Shown: positions 1 to 13,800 of the stretch, one piece after another | Numbering within the stretch: position 1 is the stretch's first letter | Layout: each line of letters opens with the position of its first letter | Assembly (NCBI RefSeq): GCF_003918875.1 | Contig: NW_025766558.1 | Location: 2,480,001 to 2,544,000 of the forward strand | Length of the DNA stretch: 64,000 nt | Direction of reading: 5' to 3' | Origin: Haliotis rubra | Taxonomy: Eukaryota | The notes under the pieces: generated by a model | What the model was told of the DNA's origin: nothing | Database searches by the model: none | The model's input: the letters and a program-made list of their open reading frames with translations, nothing else | Translations under genes and position numbers: made by a program

Positions 1-985
1 GGTACCAGGGGCTACATACACCAGGAGGTAAGGGTACAGGGGTACCAGGGGTACAGGTACAGGGGTACAGGTACCAGGGACTACACCACACCAGGAGGTA
101 AGGGTACAGGGGTACCAGAGGGCACATACACCAGGAGGTACAGGTACCAGGAGGTTACAGGTACCAGGGACTACATACACCAGGAGGTACACCGAGTACC
201 AGGGGGTACAGGTACCAGGAGTTACAGGGTACCAGGGGTTACAGGTACCAGGGGCTACATACACCAGGAGGTACAGGGGGTACCTAGGGGTACCAGGGTT
301 ACAGGTACCAGGGCTACATACACCAGGAGGTAAGGGTACGGGGGTACCAGGGTTACAGGAGTACATACAGATACCAGGGGCTACATACACCAGGAGGTAA
401 GGGTACGGGGTACCAGGGGTTACAGGTACAGGGGTACCAGGGGGTACAGGTACCAGGGGGGCTACATACATACACAGGGACTGGTGACTACATACACCAG
501 GAGGTACAGGGGTACCAGGAGGGTACAGGGTACCAGGGGTTACAGGTACCAGGGGGTACATACACCAGGAGGTAAGGGTACAGGGTACAGATACCAGGGA
601 CTACATACCAGGGGTTACAGGTACCAGGGGTACATACACCAGGAGGTAAGGGTACAGGGGTACCAGGGGTACAGGTACCAGGGGTACATACACCAGGGGT
701 ACATACACCAAGAGGTAAGGGTACAGGAGGTAAGGGGTACCAGGGGTACCAGGAGGTAAGGGTACAGGGGTACCAGGGTTACAGGTACCAGGTAAAGGTA
801 CATACACAGGAGGTAAGGGTACAGGAGGTACCAGGGTACAGGGGTACATACACCAGGAGGTAAGGGTAGGTACCAGGGGTACAGGTACAGGGGTACACCA
901 GGAGGTACATACACCAGGGGTTACAGGTACCAGGGGGTACATACAGCAGGAGGTAAGGGTACGGGGTACCAGGGGTTACAGGTAC
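1..985 (+). repeat. G-rich compound minisatellite (GGTACCAGGGG / CTACATACACCAGGAGGTAAGGGTACAG modules), truncated by the window start
   Basis: Directly visible irregular tandem repetition. Confidence 0.95.
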
Positions 986-2569
986 CCGAGGTTTCAGGCT
1001 AAACACACCGGTCCACTGGTCAGTGTACAAGTCTCATCATGTCAGCATGGTGATGCCAGCGAGAATATTTTTGTTTTTGTGGAAACAACTGTTTTCAATA
1101 TGTGACAAATAACTCACACTGACTGAAATCCTATATTACTGTACGCACCTTTACCTTATTCATAGCCATAGTGTATTCAAAAAGTCTTCAACCTTCAATC
1201 TTCAACCAACAAAAAATATTTCCAATTAAGATTTCCTTTGATAGCGCATTCTCCCCGGGTAGTCCTGTTTCTAAAGCAGACTGAATGAAAAAGCTAGTAA
1301 TAAGCTGATTAGGTTCTTCTAAGCCCTGTGACATTTCCAGATGACTTTTGCTCATCCCAACAGTGACCAGCAAATAACGTTTTGGGGCAAAATGACCTGA
1401 AACTTCTAATTACTCCAACACAGTGTGGTAGTTGGTCGGATCTCTATACCAGGCTACAGATCACCAAGACAGCCGTGGCGATGCCGCCGTTGGCTATTGT
1501 TGATCCCGAATGCTTCAGCGACATCTAAAAACGAAGTGGATTGATGGTGTCGAGTCACCACCCCTACGGGTCTCCTCTCCCTGCATGCACCTCGGTACTT
1601 AGACATCCGGCTTTACAGATGTTCCCCTTTGCTGTCTCTGCTGAAGAGTCACCAGGCCGACTACAACCAGACCAAGTAATAGGTTCAAAAACAAACCCGT
1701 CTAGAGGAGCGTCCTGAAACTGCTTTGCCTTACCGAAAACAGTATCGTACAATGAAAGATCTCTGTCCTCCAGGACACGGCCTGGCCTAATGAAATCGCC
1801 AGAGCATCATTGTGAAAACTCTCTAAGCTTCCAGATACCAACCAATTTAGAGCAATCAAAGTCGGGGGTTAGTTTGAAGCTATTGTGTATGTACTGCATT
1901 ATAGCCAGGGCTGTGGACTGGTAGGAGCTTCAAGAACAGCGTGTTATCGGCTGAGACTGACCTGATGAAGCAGGCAGGCCCACTGATCTCTGGAAATCTC
2001 AGTTTGCCCCTGTAATCACTGTCCTGCCTTCTTAATCAACCCCTGGAGTGAGAAACCAAACCGTCTGTAATCAATAGAACAACAGTGTTCAGTGATAGAC
2101 ACCATTGCGGAAGTCAATCTCACGCCAGCAGCCTATCGTCTCTCTGTGCACACTTTACCTCGCCAATATTGCAGTAATGGCTTGGGAATGGAAACGAGAT
2201 TGGACACTTTCATCTCAACACCGGAGAAGCAATAGATACTTTTCATCCAAGTGTTATGGAGATAATGAGCGTGCTCAAGTTGTTACGAAACATGCCTTCT
2301 GTTTGGCTCTATCAGCCGATTGCCCGTATACTACGGTTAGCCTCCTCAGTGGGGCTCATAACACGACAATGAGTGGGGGAGTGAGTGAGTGATTTTACTC
2401 TACATCACGGCAGCCAGTAAACACCAGAGAAACCAGAACTTGAGCCCACCACGCGGGAACGATGACAGAAGGGTCCATAAATTGTAACCATCCAATCCTC
2501 GTTTCAGTTCCATCTTACAACAAGAATGGAAGAAGGCCTGATCTGCAGCGCAGTTTCCATCAGATCATT

Positions 2570-3150
2570 GGATGTAAAGCTCCAATAACAGCGTTGTATA
2601 TGTAGAACATGTGAGAATTTTCGGACAGCATTGTTTGTGAAGGACGGACCCTTCAGATCTCCACGGACGACACTGTGTGTGAAGAAAACGATTCTGAGGT
2701 CTTCACCAACAGCATTATTGGTGAAGAACAAACTGCAGTGGGTGTTAGGAAATAGATACTGAAGTCTTCGCGAACAGCATTGTATGTGAAGAACAAACTG
2801 CTAAGGTTACCACGGACAGCAGTGTGTGTTAGGAAATAGATACTGAAGTCTTCGCGTACATCATTGTATGTGAAGAACAAGCTGTTGAGGTCTTCACGCT
2901 GGCACCACTGTGTGTGAAGGCCAAAATACTGAGGTTTCAACGGACAGCACTGTGTGTGAAGGCCAAAATACTGAGGTTTCAACGGACAGCACTTAGTGTG
3001 AAGGCCAAAATACTGAGGTTTCAACGGACAGCACTGAGTGTGAAGGCCAAAATACTGAGGTTTCAACGGACAGCACTGAGTGTGAAGACCAACCTGCTCA
3101 AGTTTCAACTAACAACACTGGATGTGAAGACAGAGCAGCTGAAGGGAAAC
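2570..3150 (+). repeat. 42-bp tandem repeat, degenerate 5' part and near-perfect 2910-3090
   Basis: Unit GTGTGAAGGCCAAAATACTGAGGTTTCAACGGACAGCACTGA; 14-aa periodic ORFs. Confidence 0.9.
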
Positions 3151-6100
3151 AATACGTTCTACTGTCTATCACAAAACGAATATTCTGCTTTTCACAGCTA
3201 AAACTAATTGAACGTTGGAATGTTAAAATCTCTGATTCTCAACGACATGAATATATAATCTTTCTTTCAAAATAACACAAGGAATGAATACAGATCCCTT
3301 CATCTGCAAATGTTACAATAGATGTACAGTTGGAATAAAAGTATATGTATTCCTTCAAAAACAAACAAGAACGTGATCGCTTCTGGTTCTGTGAACACGG
3401 ATTTGTCTCAGGAGGAACTCTTCAATCCGATTAAACACATTTCTGTTTCGCAATTTATTCATTTTTTTATAAAATAATTTAAGTTAACCTCGCTCTACAA
3501 GTTGTTTTTGTAATTCTTTCATCGATTGTAAATGTCACCTGACACGTCCAACAGGTTACTGAAGCTATGACAGGAATACATTCTCAGCCATCAATCTCCT
3601 ACACAACAATGACATTTCCCTGGATTTCCTTGAGAAATCCTTCTTAAGTGTGACGAAACCACGCAAAATGATGCTGTTCGGCAACAAATTCATCCAAGAA
3701 CGCAATCTTCCGACAGCATATTTCTCTCTAAAAAGAACTTTGTTCAATAACGTTTCACGGTAATTGTCAGAATACTCCTGCCCACTTTGGCGATGAGGAG
3801 TACTCAAAGTGATCGCTATTTTATCATCATTTGCTAGATGGTCAGAGAGACTTGAACACCCCAAGCTTGAGTATAGATTGACGCCTTTGTGTTATGGAAA
3901 GGAAGAAGACAGTTGGAGAAAAAAATTCCTTCCTTTCATATTAATTTTCTCCGTAGTTTTCTGACACCCATGGAGATTTTTCCGCGCTGCACTGAACAAA
4001 AACCCAATAAGTGAAAAGAAGTTTTTACTTTCAGAAGAACGAAGAGAGTTGGATTTTGCGGAGGAGGATTTTAGGGGATTCCTGTCTGGGTAATCAGTTC
4101 GGATTTCAGAATCATATCCTTCCATGGGGATGTCAGCAGACATATTTATCAAAATGATTTATTAAGTCTTACAAGGCTTTCTGACTTGCAGCTCCGAATT
4201 TCAAAGAGAATGTGATCTTATTTATGTCACAGACCAGCTCCAACTTCCTGAGGCGACAGCTATCCTTCACTCGTCATCGACCCAGTAAAACTTTCAGTCA
4301 GTGATTATGTAATTTGTCTAGCGATAATCATAATAGATTACCTTCCAACGTGTCCTGGAGTTGTAATAAGCCTGTCCTTTGTCAAGAATGTAAATTAGAT
4401 GATTCTAGTCGCAACATGCAATCTTTACGAGATCGTTATCCTTGATCAAGACAGCCTCTGAAGCTATAAGCTACGGGATTATATTGAATAGTTCTACTCG
4501 AGATACATAGAACAGGGGTTCATACTCTATGTGATATAGTACACACTGGGGTCATTAGTTTGACTACAATGTTCGTTAGGATTGAAACTTAAGTAATAGT
4601 TTTGAAATCATTCCATCAAAAGACTGAAAACATTATTAAATGTTAAGAGTCTTAAGTAAAAAGTATGTACATCGATGTTAAACTGTTATGCGACTAGGAA
4701 GCACCAACGCTCTAGACATGGGCAAGAGACGTTATCATGCCTCGGCAAGAATCTGTGTATCAGCCCAGTGGTTCTAAAACCAGATACAGATCGGTTGACT
4801 AGAGATGTCCCAGCAATACGATATTGCATGCCTCTCGCGTAACAAATTGATTCTATTCCAGTTCATATCGCCGTAAAACACCAAAACACCGATGGCGGTC
4901 ACAGGGGAGACCTGTTTGTTATGCCCGTACATTGCAAAGAGATTAAGTCTTTGATAATGTATCAGTCGAAGAGTGTACGCAGTCAAGTCGTGAAATCCAG
5001 CTTTGATAACTCTTTTACCCTTGGGTCCTGCAAGGTTAATGCCCCATCGGGCTTCCTGGTTGGAAAATCGGGCATCGGCAACCTGCGAGGCAGCCAAATG
5101 GATGGGTGGTCAGTCTTGCTGAATTGCATACCATCGAACCCCATGTTGCGGCTTAGTGCTCACAGTATCAGTCACTAGATTCCTTTGTGGTGTCCGACAA
5201 TAAACACAGACAATGTATTTCTCAAAACATTTCTAAGTTATCGTTACAAGATACCCACATCAAATCAGAGAGATACTGACTCACGTGGAACTATTTCTTT
5301 GTATGACACATTTGTTATGATCCACAGCATATATTCCAACACAACTTATAACATAGGTCCAGCCATATATCGAATCCACTGACCTTGATCGAAGGTCACA
5401 CTAAAGCAAACCCATATACAATTCTGGTTATTGTCTTTTTAATATTAGAATTGGTTTGATTAAACAGTTGAAATTAATCAGCTACTCATGTACGTCTACC
5501 AATCGTTACATTAACTTTCTATGGTAAGCCCATCTTGACATGACCTGCAAGTGATGATGGCGTGGTGTTGGCTGTCGTCGATGTAGATGGAGACAGACGG
5601 TGATGGAACTATAGCCTGTGGCGGTGGTCTGTCCACCTGCCAATCTGCACTCGTAAACTGAGGCATTGTAGGAGATGTGGTATTGGTCGGACTTCCTCGT
5701 CAGAAGCCAGGACGGTGTATCAGCTGGATACAGCGGCCCAGACACATGCTTGCATTAGTCCGCTGTTCCCGAGAACCCTGTTATTACACACAAGTAAACT
5801 GAAGGCCTCTGGTCGTGGGCGTATGTCGCTTCTTTCATCAGATACAACCAGTATTCAACTATAAAAGGTATCACGGTTTAATGTGACCTTTATTCAGTCT
5901 GAAGCGATCCATATCGTCTTGTTCTATCCTTGTGTTAATGCACGCGTGTCTGACACAATGCCTTCCATCATGTTCAGATGAACATAAGATGTTACCGGGC
6001 GTGTCCCCGTTACAACGTCGCCATGTTGATTCGCTGGTATTTTGACGTGGATTGTGTAAGACGTTGGTAAATCTGTATCCATATTAACATCGCATGAACT

Positions 6101-6439
6101 GATCAGCATGAGGATTGGGCTGGCATCTGTTCTACACCAATAACCGCCATGTAGTAGCTGTCTCTACGGAAACAACTACCTACACCCACGTCGCTGTTCA
6201 AATATAGCTTCCTCCCGCATCAAGCAGACTCGTCGTGATATAAGGGAAATACTGTTGAAAGTAGGGCAGACCCCAACAGCACAACCCTTACACTGATCAT
6301 AGCATTCCCAGGATTTCCTCTGGTCAAACGTATGAAGAACCTAAAAGCCCTAAGTTTATTAACGTCAAGTCTCTTTTCCTTCAAAAGTGGTTTCACTTGA
6401 AGTCCCTGGAGTATCCACTGCCGTCGTCTTTACAGAACA

Positions 6440-7230
6440 TTCATTAACCTCCATCATCTCGCCCGACCTGTAGTTTCCCCGGCCAGTACGCTTCACTTCC
6501 TCTACGCACCATCCTGACCTGTAAGCTTCACCGTAGTTTCACCTCATCCCCGGCCCCTTCAAGCTCGAAATGAAGTCTCCCTGCTCCCTCGACCTGTTGG
6601 CTTCCTTCCTCGTCCCTCTATCTGACCACAACTCACCAACTCCTACACCACGACCTACAGGCTCCATAACATAGTTTCCTCTAACCGTCAAGGTCGAACC
6701 TGTAGACTCCATCTGTCCCCTTCCCCCGACCCGAAGGCTCTACCGTAACACCTTAAACCCCGACCCCTAGGCTCCTCTCTCCCCGACTCTCAAGCTTCCA
6801 ACCTTCACGTTCGACCGTGTATCACACCCCTCCACCCAAGCCCCAACTTGTAGGCTCCAACACCATCCATCCTTGACCTCCACCACCATCCACCCTTAAC
6901 CCGTAGACCCCGGCCGTCGAACTGTATTCTTCATCGTACTCCCACCCCCATCCACCACAGCTTGTAGTATTCTCCACCACCATCCCACCCTCAACCTCCA
7001 ACCATCCTTATAGACCCCGGCCGTCGAACTGTATTCTTCATCGTACTCCTCCCCCAACCCCAACTTGTAGCCTCCACCACCATCCACCACCATCCACCCT
7101 TAACCCGACCATAGACGTCGAACTGTATTCTTCATCGTACTCCTCCCCACCAACCCCAGCTTGTAGCCTCCACCACTATCCACCCTTAACCCGACCCGTA
7201 TACACCCCGACATGTAGGCCTCATGCCCCT
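6440..7230. repeat. C-rich degenerate tandem repeats (three ~110-120 bp copies at 6830-7200 plus older repeats)
   Basis: CGTCGAACTGTATTCTTCATCGTACTCC occurs three times; a CGACCTGTAGGCTCC-like core recurs upstream. Confidence 0.7.
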
Positions 7231-8929
7231 CGATGAATTGCCTAGAAAGGGGAGGGAGTGTTTTGGGGGAACAGGAGGAAGATGGATGGGATATTGATCC
7301 CACCGTTCCCGTCCTGGCCTCAGCTGGCAACGTAGACCCAACTGGGAGTGTATCTCACCCGTCTCTGGCAGTCCAGCAGCCATCTAGTTGAGAATTTAAA
7401 TCGATATTTTGTGAAACTGTGTGGGGTACGTCTATATCAGCAGAGGATCCCGGTAGCAATATGTCTCCACAATCAGACTGTTGGCAGCTTGGTGTGGAGA
7501 TAGATGAAACTGGCGGAGCGCGGCTATCGGGAGTCTGGCGTCTACGTACACAAAAGCCGGTATTTGTGTACTCGGACCAATCATAAATTTCATCTTTGAA
7601 ATGATTTTTCATTGATCGATTAACTTAGGGTTCGAACCTTAACGATCAAGGCGCTACTAATAGCGCCCCTCAATCTCTCGCTGTATACAGGTCAGGAGTG
7701 TAACATTAAGTAACCAACTGCACCCTTTCAAAGCTGGGATATAGATTTAATGCAACATAATCCTTAACAACTCAAATATATGTAAATATATATAATTCCA
7801 TATAAAAGCGACAAACCCTTTTAACTCTCATTAAAATCACAGACAACATCAAGAGCCTGTGTATATAAATCACAATCAGTTAGTGATGGTATCAGGTATT
7901 TGGGTCAATGTAGGCTCATGCTGCTCTGTCGGCGGCACGCGTCACTAACACATGCAAAGGCAAGTCAATTGTTCACCCGAAAAAAAATCCAAATAGGGGA
8001 TTGTCCACTTGTATAACCCCTGTATAAAACTTTTGAAAAGTATGACGTACGCAGAGTGTTGTAACCCTGATCAACCAGGGTGGTATGGAAGCATGAGGTG
8101 GTCTCACTTGTAATGTAATATTTCGTGTAAACGATATACGGCAGGTTATCGTTATCACATACGTAAAATCTAGGACATATGAGAAGATAGTGAGAGTGTA
8201 AACGTTAGGGTGAACTAGCAGACCCTTACAGAAAATTTCAAAACTTTTATGGTTGATAGTTAGGGAAGTTGCCAAATTTGACACTTCACTGATCAAAACA
8301 GATCCGACAAATTTACTCATCTTGATGTACCTCATATTTTCCCGTGTTCGGATGAACAGTTGACGTGTGACTTTGCAAGTGCTTGTGCTCACAATTTCGC
8401 GAACACCCTGCCTCAGTTGAGCAGTCGTAACGATATATAAAGTCATGCTTATTATACATTCGGAATTGTACCATTGACGTTTTGACAGGGAAAGTGGGCT
8501 AAAATATAACGCTAAATCGGCAGTATTTCAGCCATATTGTGGCATCGTAAAGAGTGTCTACCGTTGTTAAATCATTATGAAATACTGAAAAGAACACATC
8601 AATTTGGACAACTACTGAACAATCGATATGCACTTGTACATTGATAAATGTCAATAAACACACAACTGACGTGTGAATTTCAACTTGTATATTCTACCAG
8701 GCGAAGTCTAGCTACAGGTATCATCATCTGCACGAAACATCTCATTAAAAGAATCAAGTTGAAATCCATCCGTCAGCAGTGTCTTCGTGATGAAGAACTG
8801 TAGAAAGCATGGTATTACCCCGGATTACTGTCAGCGGTTTTCGAGCAATTGTTGACCTTTGCTGGACTCTGCATGACGTATGTGTGTCCTCTCTGTCGAC
8901 ATATCTTTAGCTTACCATTGTGAGGCAAG

Positions 8930-9172
8930 CAACACAGCAGGCTGAAACAAACAATACAATCAGAACATGGCTTCATACAAATGTCATAGCGTCAAACGGG
9001 AAGGGGTATACTCGGGGATAGAAATAACGCAACAATGAGTAGGATGACCAACACAGCCGGTTGAAACAAACAATACAATCAGTACATGGCTTCATACAAA
9101 TGTCATAGCGTCAAACGGGAAGGTGCGTATACTCAGGGATAGAAATAACGCAACAATAAGTAGGATGACCAA
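8930..9172. repeat. Tandem duplication of about 119 bp (2 copies)
   Basis: CAACACAGC...GAAACAAACAATACAATCAG...GTAGGATGAC present twice. Confidence 0.9.
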
Positions 9173-9315
9173 TATGCTGGAGGTTGTAGGTATCCGAACA
9201 TATGTTTGGCTTCTCGTTTCAGAGATAGGTGTACGCTTAAAGAAGAACCGAAATTCCGATGGTCAATTATTTCTGCATATCTCATACATTTTGATTGATA
9301 CTAGGATGAGACCTA

Positions 9316-9640
9316 CTGGCAAACAAGGATAAGTTGAGCACCTGACAATTGACCCGCATTAGCATGTATGAGTGCCGCCCACTGGCGGTTGCCATTGTTA
9401 GCAAAGAGGGACCCAGGTTGTCCTCGTTCAAGTGTAGTGCAACTAGCTACACCGACGTGAGAGGCTTATGAGCAAGGCGTGTGCAGCTACGCGCGGGTTC
9501 AATTTCATCGCAATGCACGTGCACTAGCCTACATCTGTGCTCTACCTTTCACAAACCAAATGGGTTTGCTCATTGCCGTGCACCGCCTACTTCTCGTAAA
9601 CGCGTAATCTGCGCCGGTCCAACTTATCCTTGTTTGCCAG
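9316..9640. mobile_element. MITE with TIRs of about 21 bp and TA flanks (Tc1/mariner-type, non-autonomous)
   Basis: TA-CTGGCAAACAAGGATAAGTTG ... CAACTTATCCTTGTTTGCCAG-TA. Confidence 0.8.
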
Positions 9641-10213
9641 TAGTATGCTGATAGTCGAATGTTCTGTGAAGGCAAAAATGGCAATACTGACTGTAAAGTC
9701 AAGGCACGTACGTCAGATCAATGCCACCTGATGGCCAATGTGTTCTGTTATCACTGTTCTACACATCCTTTGCACAGAGTACATTGAAATGAAAAGTACT
9801 ACAAACTGGGACTCTCCAACTCCCAGACGTCCAATGGAGATGTTGCGAGTGGCAGCGTGCAGTCTCGCCATTTTCCCACTCCCAGTAAGTGGACAAAAGT
9901 ACGTCAAAATGTTGACTGACGTTTGACCCCTTACAGCCATTGTTACTACACGTGATCTTGCACGTATATTCTGCTTTTAGTTTCTTTTTAATGATATTTC
10001 TGTGAAGCCTTATAAAATGTTTGTATAAAGCTCTTACAGTATAAAGGTTGCGTTTGAACACTACACCAGTTGATGGAACATGTGACCAACATCAATCAAT
10101 TAAATATCTTGCATATGTATTGTATGTTTCATGCATAAACAACATCACCATCAGTATTGACTCATACACGTTCCTGTTTGTGAAGAGCGTATCGCTGTTT
10201 GTCTGAGAGCTCT

Positions 10214-10381
10214 GGGGCTGGTGGGGTAGCCTAATGGTTAAAGTGTTCGCTCGTCACGCCAAAAGCCGGGGTTCAATACCCCACATGAGTACATTGTGTG
10301 AAGCCCATTTCTGGTGTCCCCCGCCGTGATATTGCTGGAATAGTGCTAAAAGTCGGCGTAAAACTAAAGCTCATTCACTCA
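10214..10381 (+). mobile_element. Short tRNA-derived SINE (family A)
   Basis: A box TAGCCTAATGG, B box GGTTCAATACC, tail GCTGGAATAGTGCT..GGCGTAAAAC(TCAC)n, TSD CTGAGAGCTCT. Confidence 0.9.
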
Positions 10382-10676
10382 CTGAGAGCTCTGAATAAAG
10401 CAATATAAATGGTGAAACATTCTTGGCAGAACGTTCTTCACATTTCCCCCAGTGTATCCTATTTCTCTCTGTGTAAGCTAGAGTATGTCAGATGGAATGA
10501 TTGTTTTCATGATTACAGCCATAAGACGAAGGATTCTACAAATATGGTGTTGATGCAGTACCAGGCAATCCTGTGATTGGCATGATAAACATCGATCTAC
10601 CAAATTAGACATGCTTTTCCAATCAAGTGACAGATCTAATTAGTTGCCTTTACAACAAGCGTAGGTTCCCAGGAAC

Positions 10677-10858
10677 CTGGGCCTATTGTTTAAGCTCTCT
10701 TAGCGCTAAGATAGTCGTAAGTTAATGTTAATCCTGTAAGCCTAGATTTTCGAAGCTTTCTTGTAGCGCTGTTGTTTTCGAAGATAGTAGTAAGTTGATG
10801 TTAATGTATGGCACTTACGACTATCTTAGCGCTGAGAGCTTCGAAAATCTAAGCCCTG
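10677..10858. mobile_element. Palindromic MITE, partly duplicated, PIF/Harbinger-like
   Basis: AGCGCTAAGATAGTCGTAAGT ... ACTTACGACTATCTTAGCGCT inverted repeats; CTG flanks. Confidence 0.65.
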
Positions 10859-13800
10859 TACTCATGGCCGTCCGGACTGAGATGGTATGGCATTGTATTG
10901 ATGTGTAAAGAAAACATGTTGTATACGATCTTAGCACCTTTACGGTATTGTATTGTATGGTATCGTATTGATGTGTACAAAAAAACTGTTGTTTTTGCTC
11001 TATATTCTAACACTACGCCGTCGATTCCCTAAACCTCTCGCGAGGTCGTGAATTCAGAATAAAATACAGAAACGAGCAGTATCTCATTGTATTGATTAAA
11101 ACACTAAATGGATTGCTGCGATAACTTCAACAAGACTTTGTTATTCTGCATTCGTTGCTAAATGGCTGAAATACCGCCAATTTTGACGCAGACACTCTAT
11201 TTGCATTCCTTATCAGGGTAGATCAAATCAATACCATCAAAGGCATGAAAGGGAAATAGCGAGAAACAATATCCATCTTGAAAGAATATGTCAGATGTCA
11301 GCCATTAATAACCGTTCTCCAGTACGGTTATCTCTGCCAGCCAGAAATACTACGACATATTTTCAAGCTCTGTTCAAGTGGGCTATGTTATTTATTGAAA
11401 GTAGCACATATGAGATCATTAACAAATGAGACGTTTACAATCACAACACAAAACACAATATTGGGTCGAGCCGGACACAAGGTCATTACCTTAGTCCTGG
11501 AGGGCTAATCCCATACAATCCCCAACCATGGATTTATGGATGTCGCGTAGCGAGGTTCATCTAGCACAACCATTAGTAGTTCATTGATAACCAATGTACA
11601 TTAAAAGACCTGGTAAGTGTATATAATCCACGTTGATTGGTCTCAAGGATGAGAAGTAAGCCAGAATTAGAAGGCTTTCTGTTGCTTAGACTCATAAAAG
11701 TACTTGTGTTCCGGATTCTCGCTTAGACACAAGAATAAATATTTTATTAAAGGGTATATTTAGATCTTGGATAAAGGATACGGAAACTATATATTGGTAT
11801 GACGCTTCATTCTTAACAAGGAACACATTCTCCTTTCATCTGACAGTGTGTGGGAATGTATGCCTGTAGATTAGAAACAGTGCTGGATAAATACGGGCTT
11901 AATATAGAACATCAGCGCCAGGGTAAAAGCCAGTGTCGATTATCTGCCGAAACAGCTTCCATGGCGAGTAAATGAGCGCGGAGACCAGTCCTCACACGAA
12001 CCTTCCACTATCATCTTACAAGGTTGCAAAACACTCAATACATCCATTATGATATCGACCTGACATCATTTTATATATGCTCACCACCCGACGGGGATCA
12101 CACTGCAACTGCCCCCTTGCAAAGCTCCCGCAACAATCATCAGCTTGGAAGCACTTGGACTCGCCTTTCAGGCATACCTTTTTCATCATCATCCTGAACT
12201 TATCTCCATAATTAACCATCGGAACGATGATCACCTTAGAAACATCTCCTTGCAATTATCTCCTTACAAACGTCTCCTCCGGAACATTTGACAGTCAACA
12301 GGAGTCAGCACCTAAATAGGTATTGACCTTAACCATTGCCTTAACTGTAACATGTGACATTTTGTACCCTGAACCACTGCCTTACAAACATCTCATTACA
12401 AATATACACCTTACTCATTGCCTTGAAGGTAGACATCACTGGACATTTACACCCTCAACCGCTGCCGTACAAACATGTCCTGCTAAGTATCCTCCTCAGT
12501 CATTGCCTTCCCTCTATCCGATGCAGGTGAAGAAGGTAAGTATCAAGGCCACTTAGATGTAAATATTTAAGAATAAGAAATGTGTTTATTTACGTGACAT
12601 TAATGCCACATCCATGAAAATTCTTATCTATGTGGCGCGGGCGCATCAATTATTTATCAACTATTTTCAGAGCCTATTTGAACTTTGTCAGCATTGAAAC
12701 TGTCTGCAGCATCTGTTGACACTAGAACTAACATGTAGTCACTCCTCGGCCTCCTGGTGACAGGCATGTTCCATTAAAGTCTGTCACTCCGTGTAAAGTC
12801 CAATCGAGTCATAAGTCGACCAAAATGTAATCTATTTGTCGTGATAATCATAACGAATATTCTGCAACCAATTTATCGTTCATTTAATGCGTCTATTGAA
12901 GCGAGGCTTGTGATGTGCTAATTACGTGCAAGTTCAATTCGGGCCTTTCTCAGCCCTTTATTAGCAAAGTTGACGTTCATCGGATGCTATAATTGAACGC
13001 TTGCTGTACGAAAGCATCAAGGATCTGTCCCCAGTCAAATATGCGTCCATTGATTGTAGGTCAGCAACAGGTCACTTTTAAAATACGACTCATACAACCT
13101 TCCAATTTGCTGAGATAATACAGAGGGTGTCGCCATGACTCATCCTGGGCACATGCGTAGCCGCAGGTACGAAGAGCTTACAATCAATACCACAATTATT
13201 TTTCTGGGGATCTAGTGGGGTTTTGTGGAAACATAATTCAAGACAAAAAATACATGGAATGGAGGTCTTGAGAGGGTTACATTACGGCTTCAGTGAGAAT
13301 TTCAAGCCTCAAAGGGCAACATTCAAGATGGCGGCTGTCAAAGAGCAGCAGACGACTAATCGGTCAGATACTAAGCCAGAAGCACAAATGTCCGAGTTGG
13401 AAGAATGAGGTCATTTGTCAGCATACTGCAGCATAATCTATTACAAAATGTTACATATTTCTTCCCTCAGCGTTGATGGCCGTGAAAGCATGCTGGTGCA
13501 ATTTTACCAAAGCCACCATTTAGATGGGCGATCCATGTCGTTTCACAACGTACTTTCAGGTTTTTACCACATATGGTCAAGTACGTTTTTCATCAATGCT
13601 GGGGCAGTTCATACAGGAACCATGCCATTACCCAACTCTGAAACTGGATGAAATGTCATTGAACTGGTTGTCGACGGGAACTCCAAAAGGAGTCTCCATA
13701 CATTCACAGGTAAAGGGTTCGAACCCAGATATTCTACACCACGACTGAAGATTAGGTTTCTCTACTGCCTCGGGATTGTTATAACAGCCACATTACTCTC

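Noticed and set aside
3565-6200. Several 60-110-aa ORFs on the minus strand
   Set aside because: No recognisable domains or consistent exon chain; part of the region (about 5050-5140) looks like a decayed family C SINE.
7973-8446. 157-aa minus-strand ORF
   Set aside because: No recognisable motif or splice support; composition is not convincingly coding.
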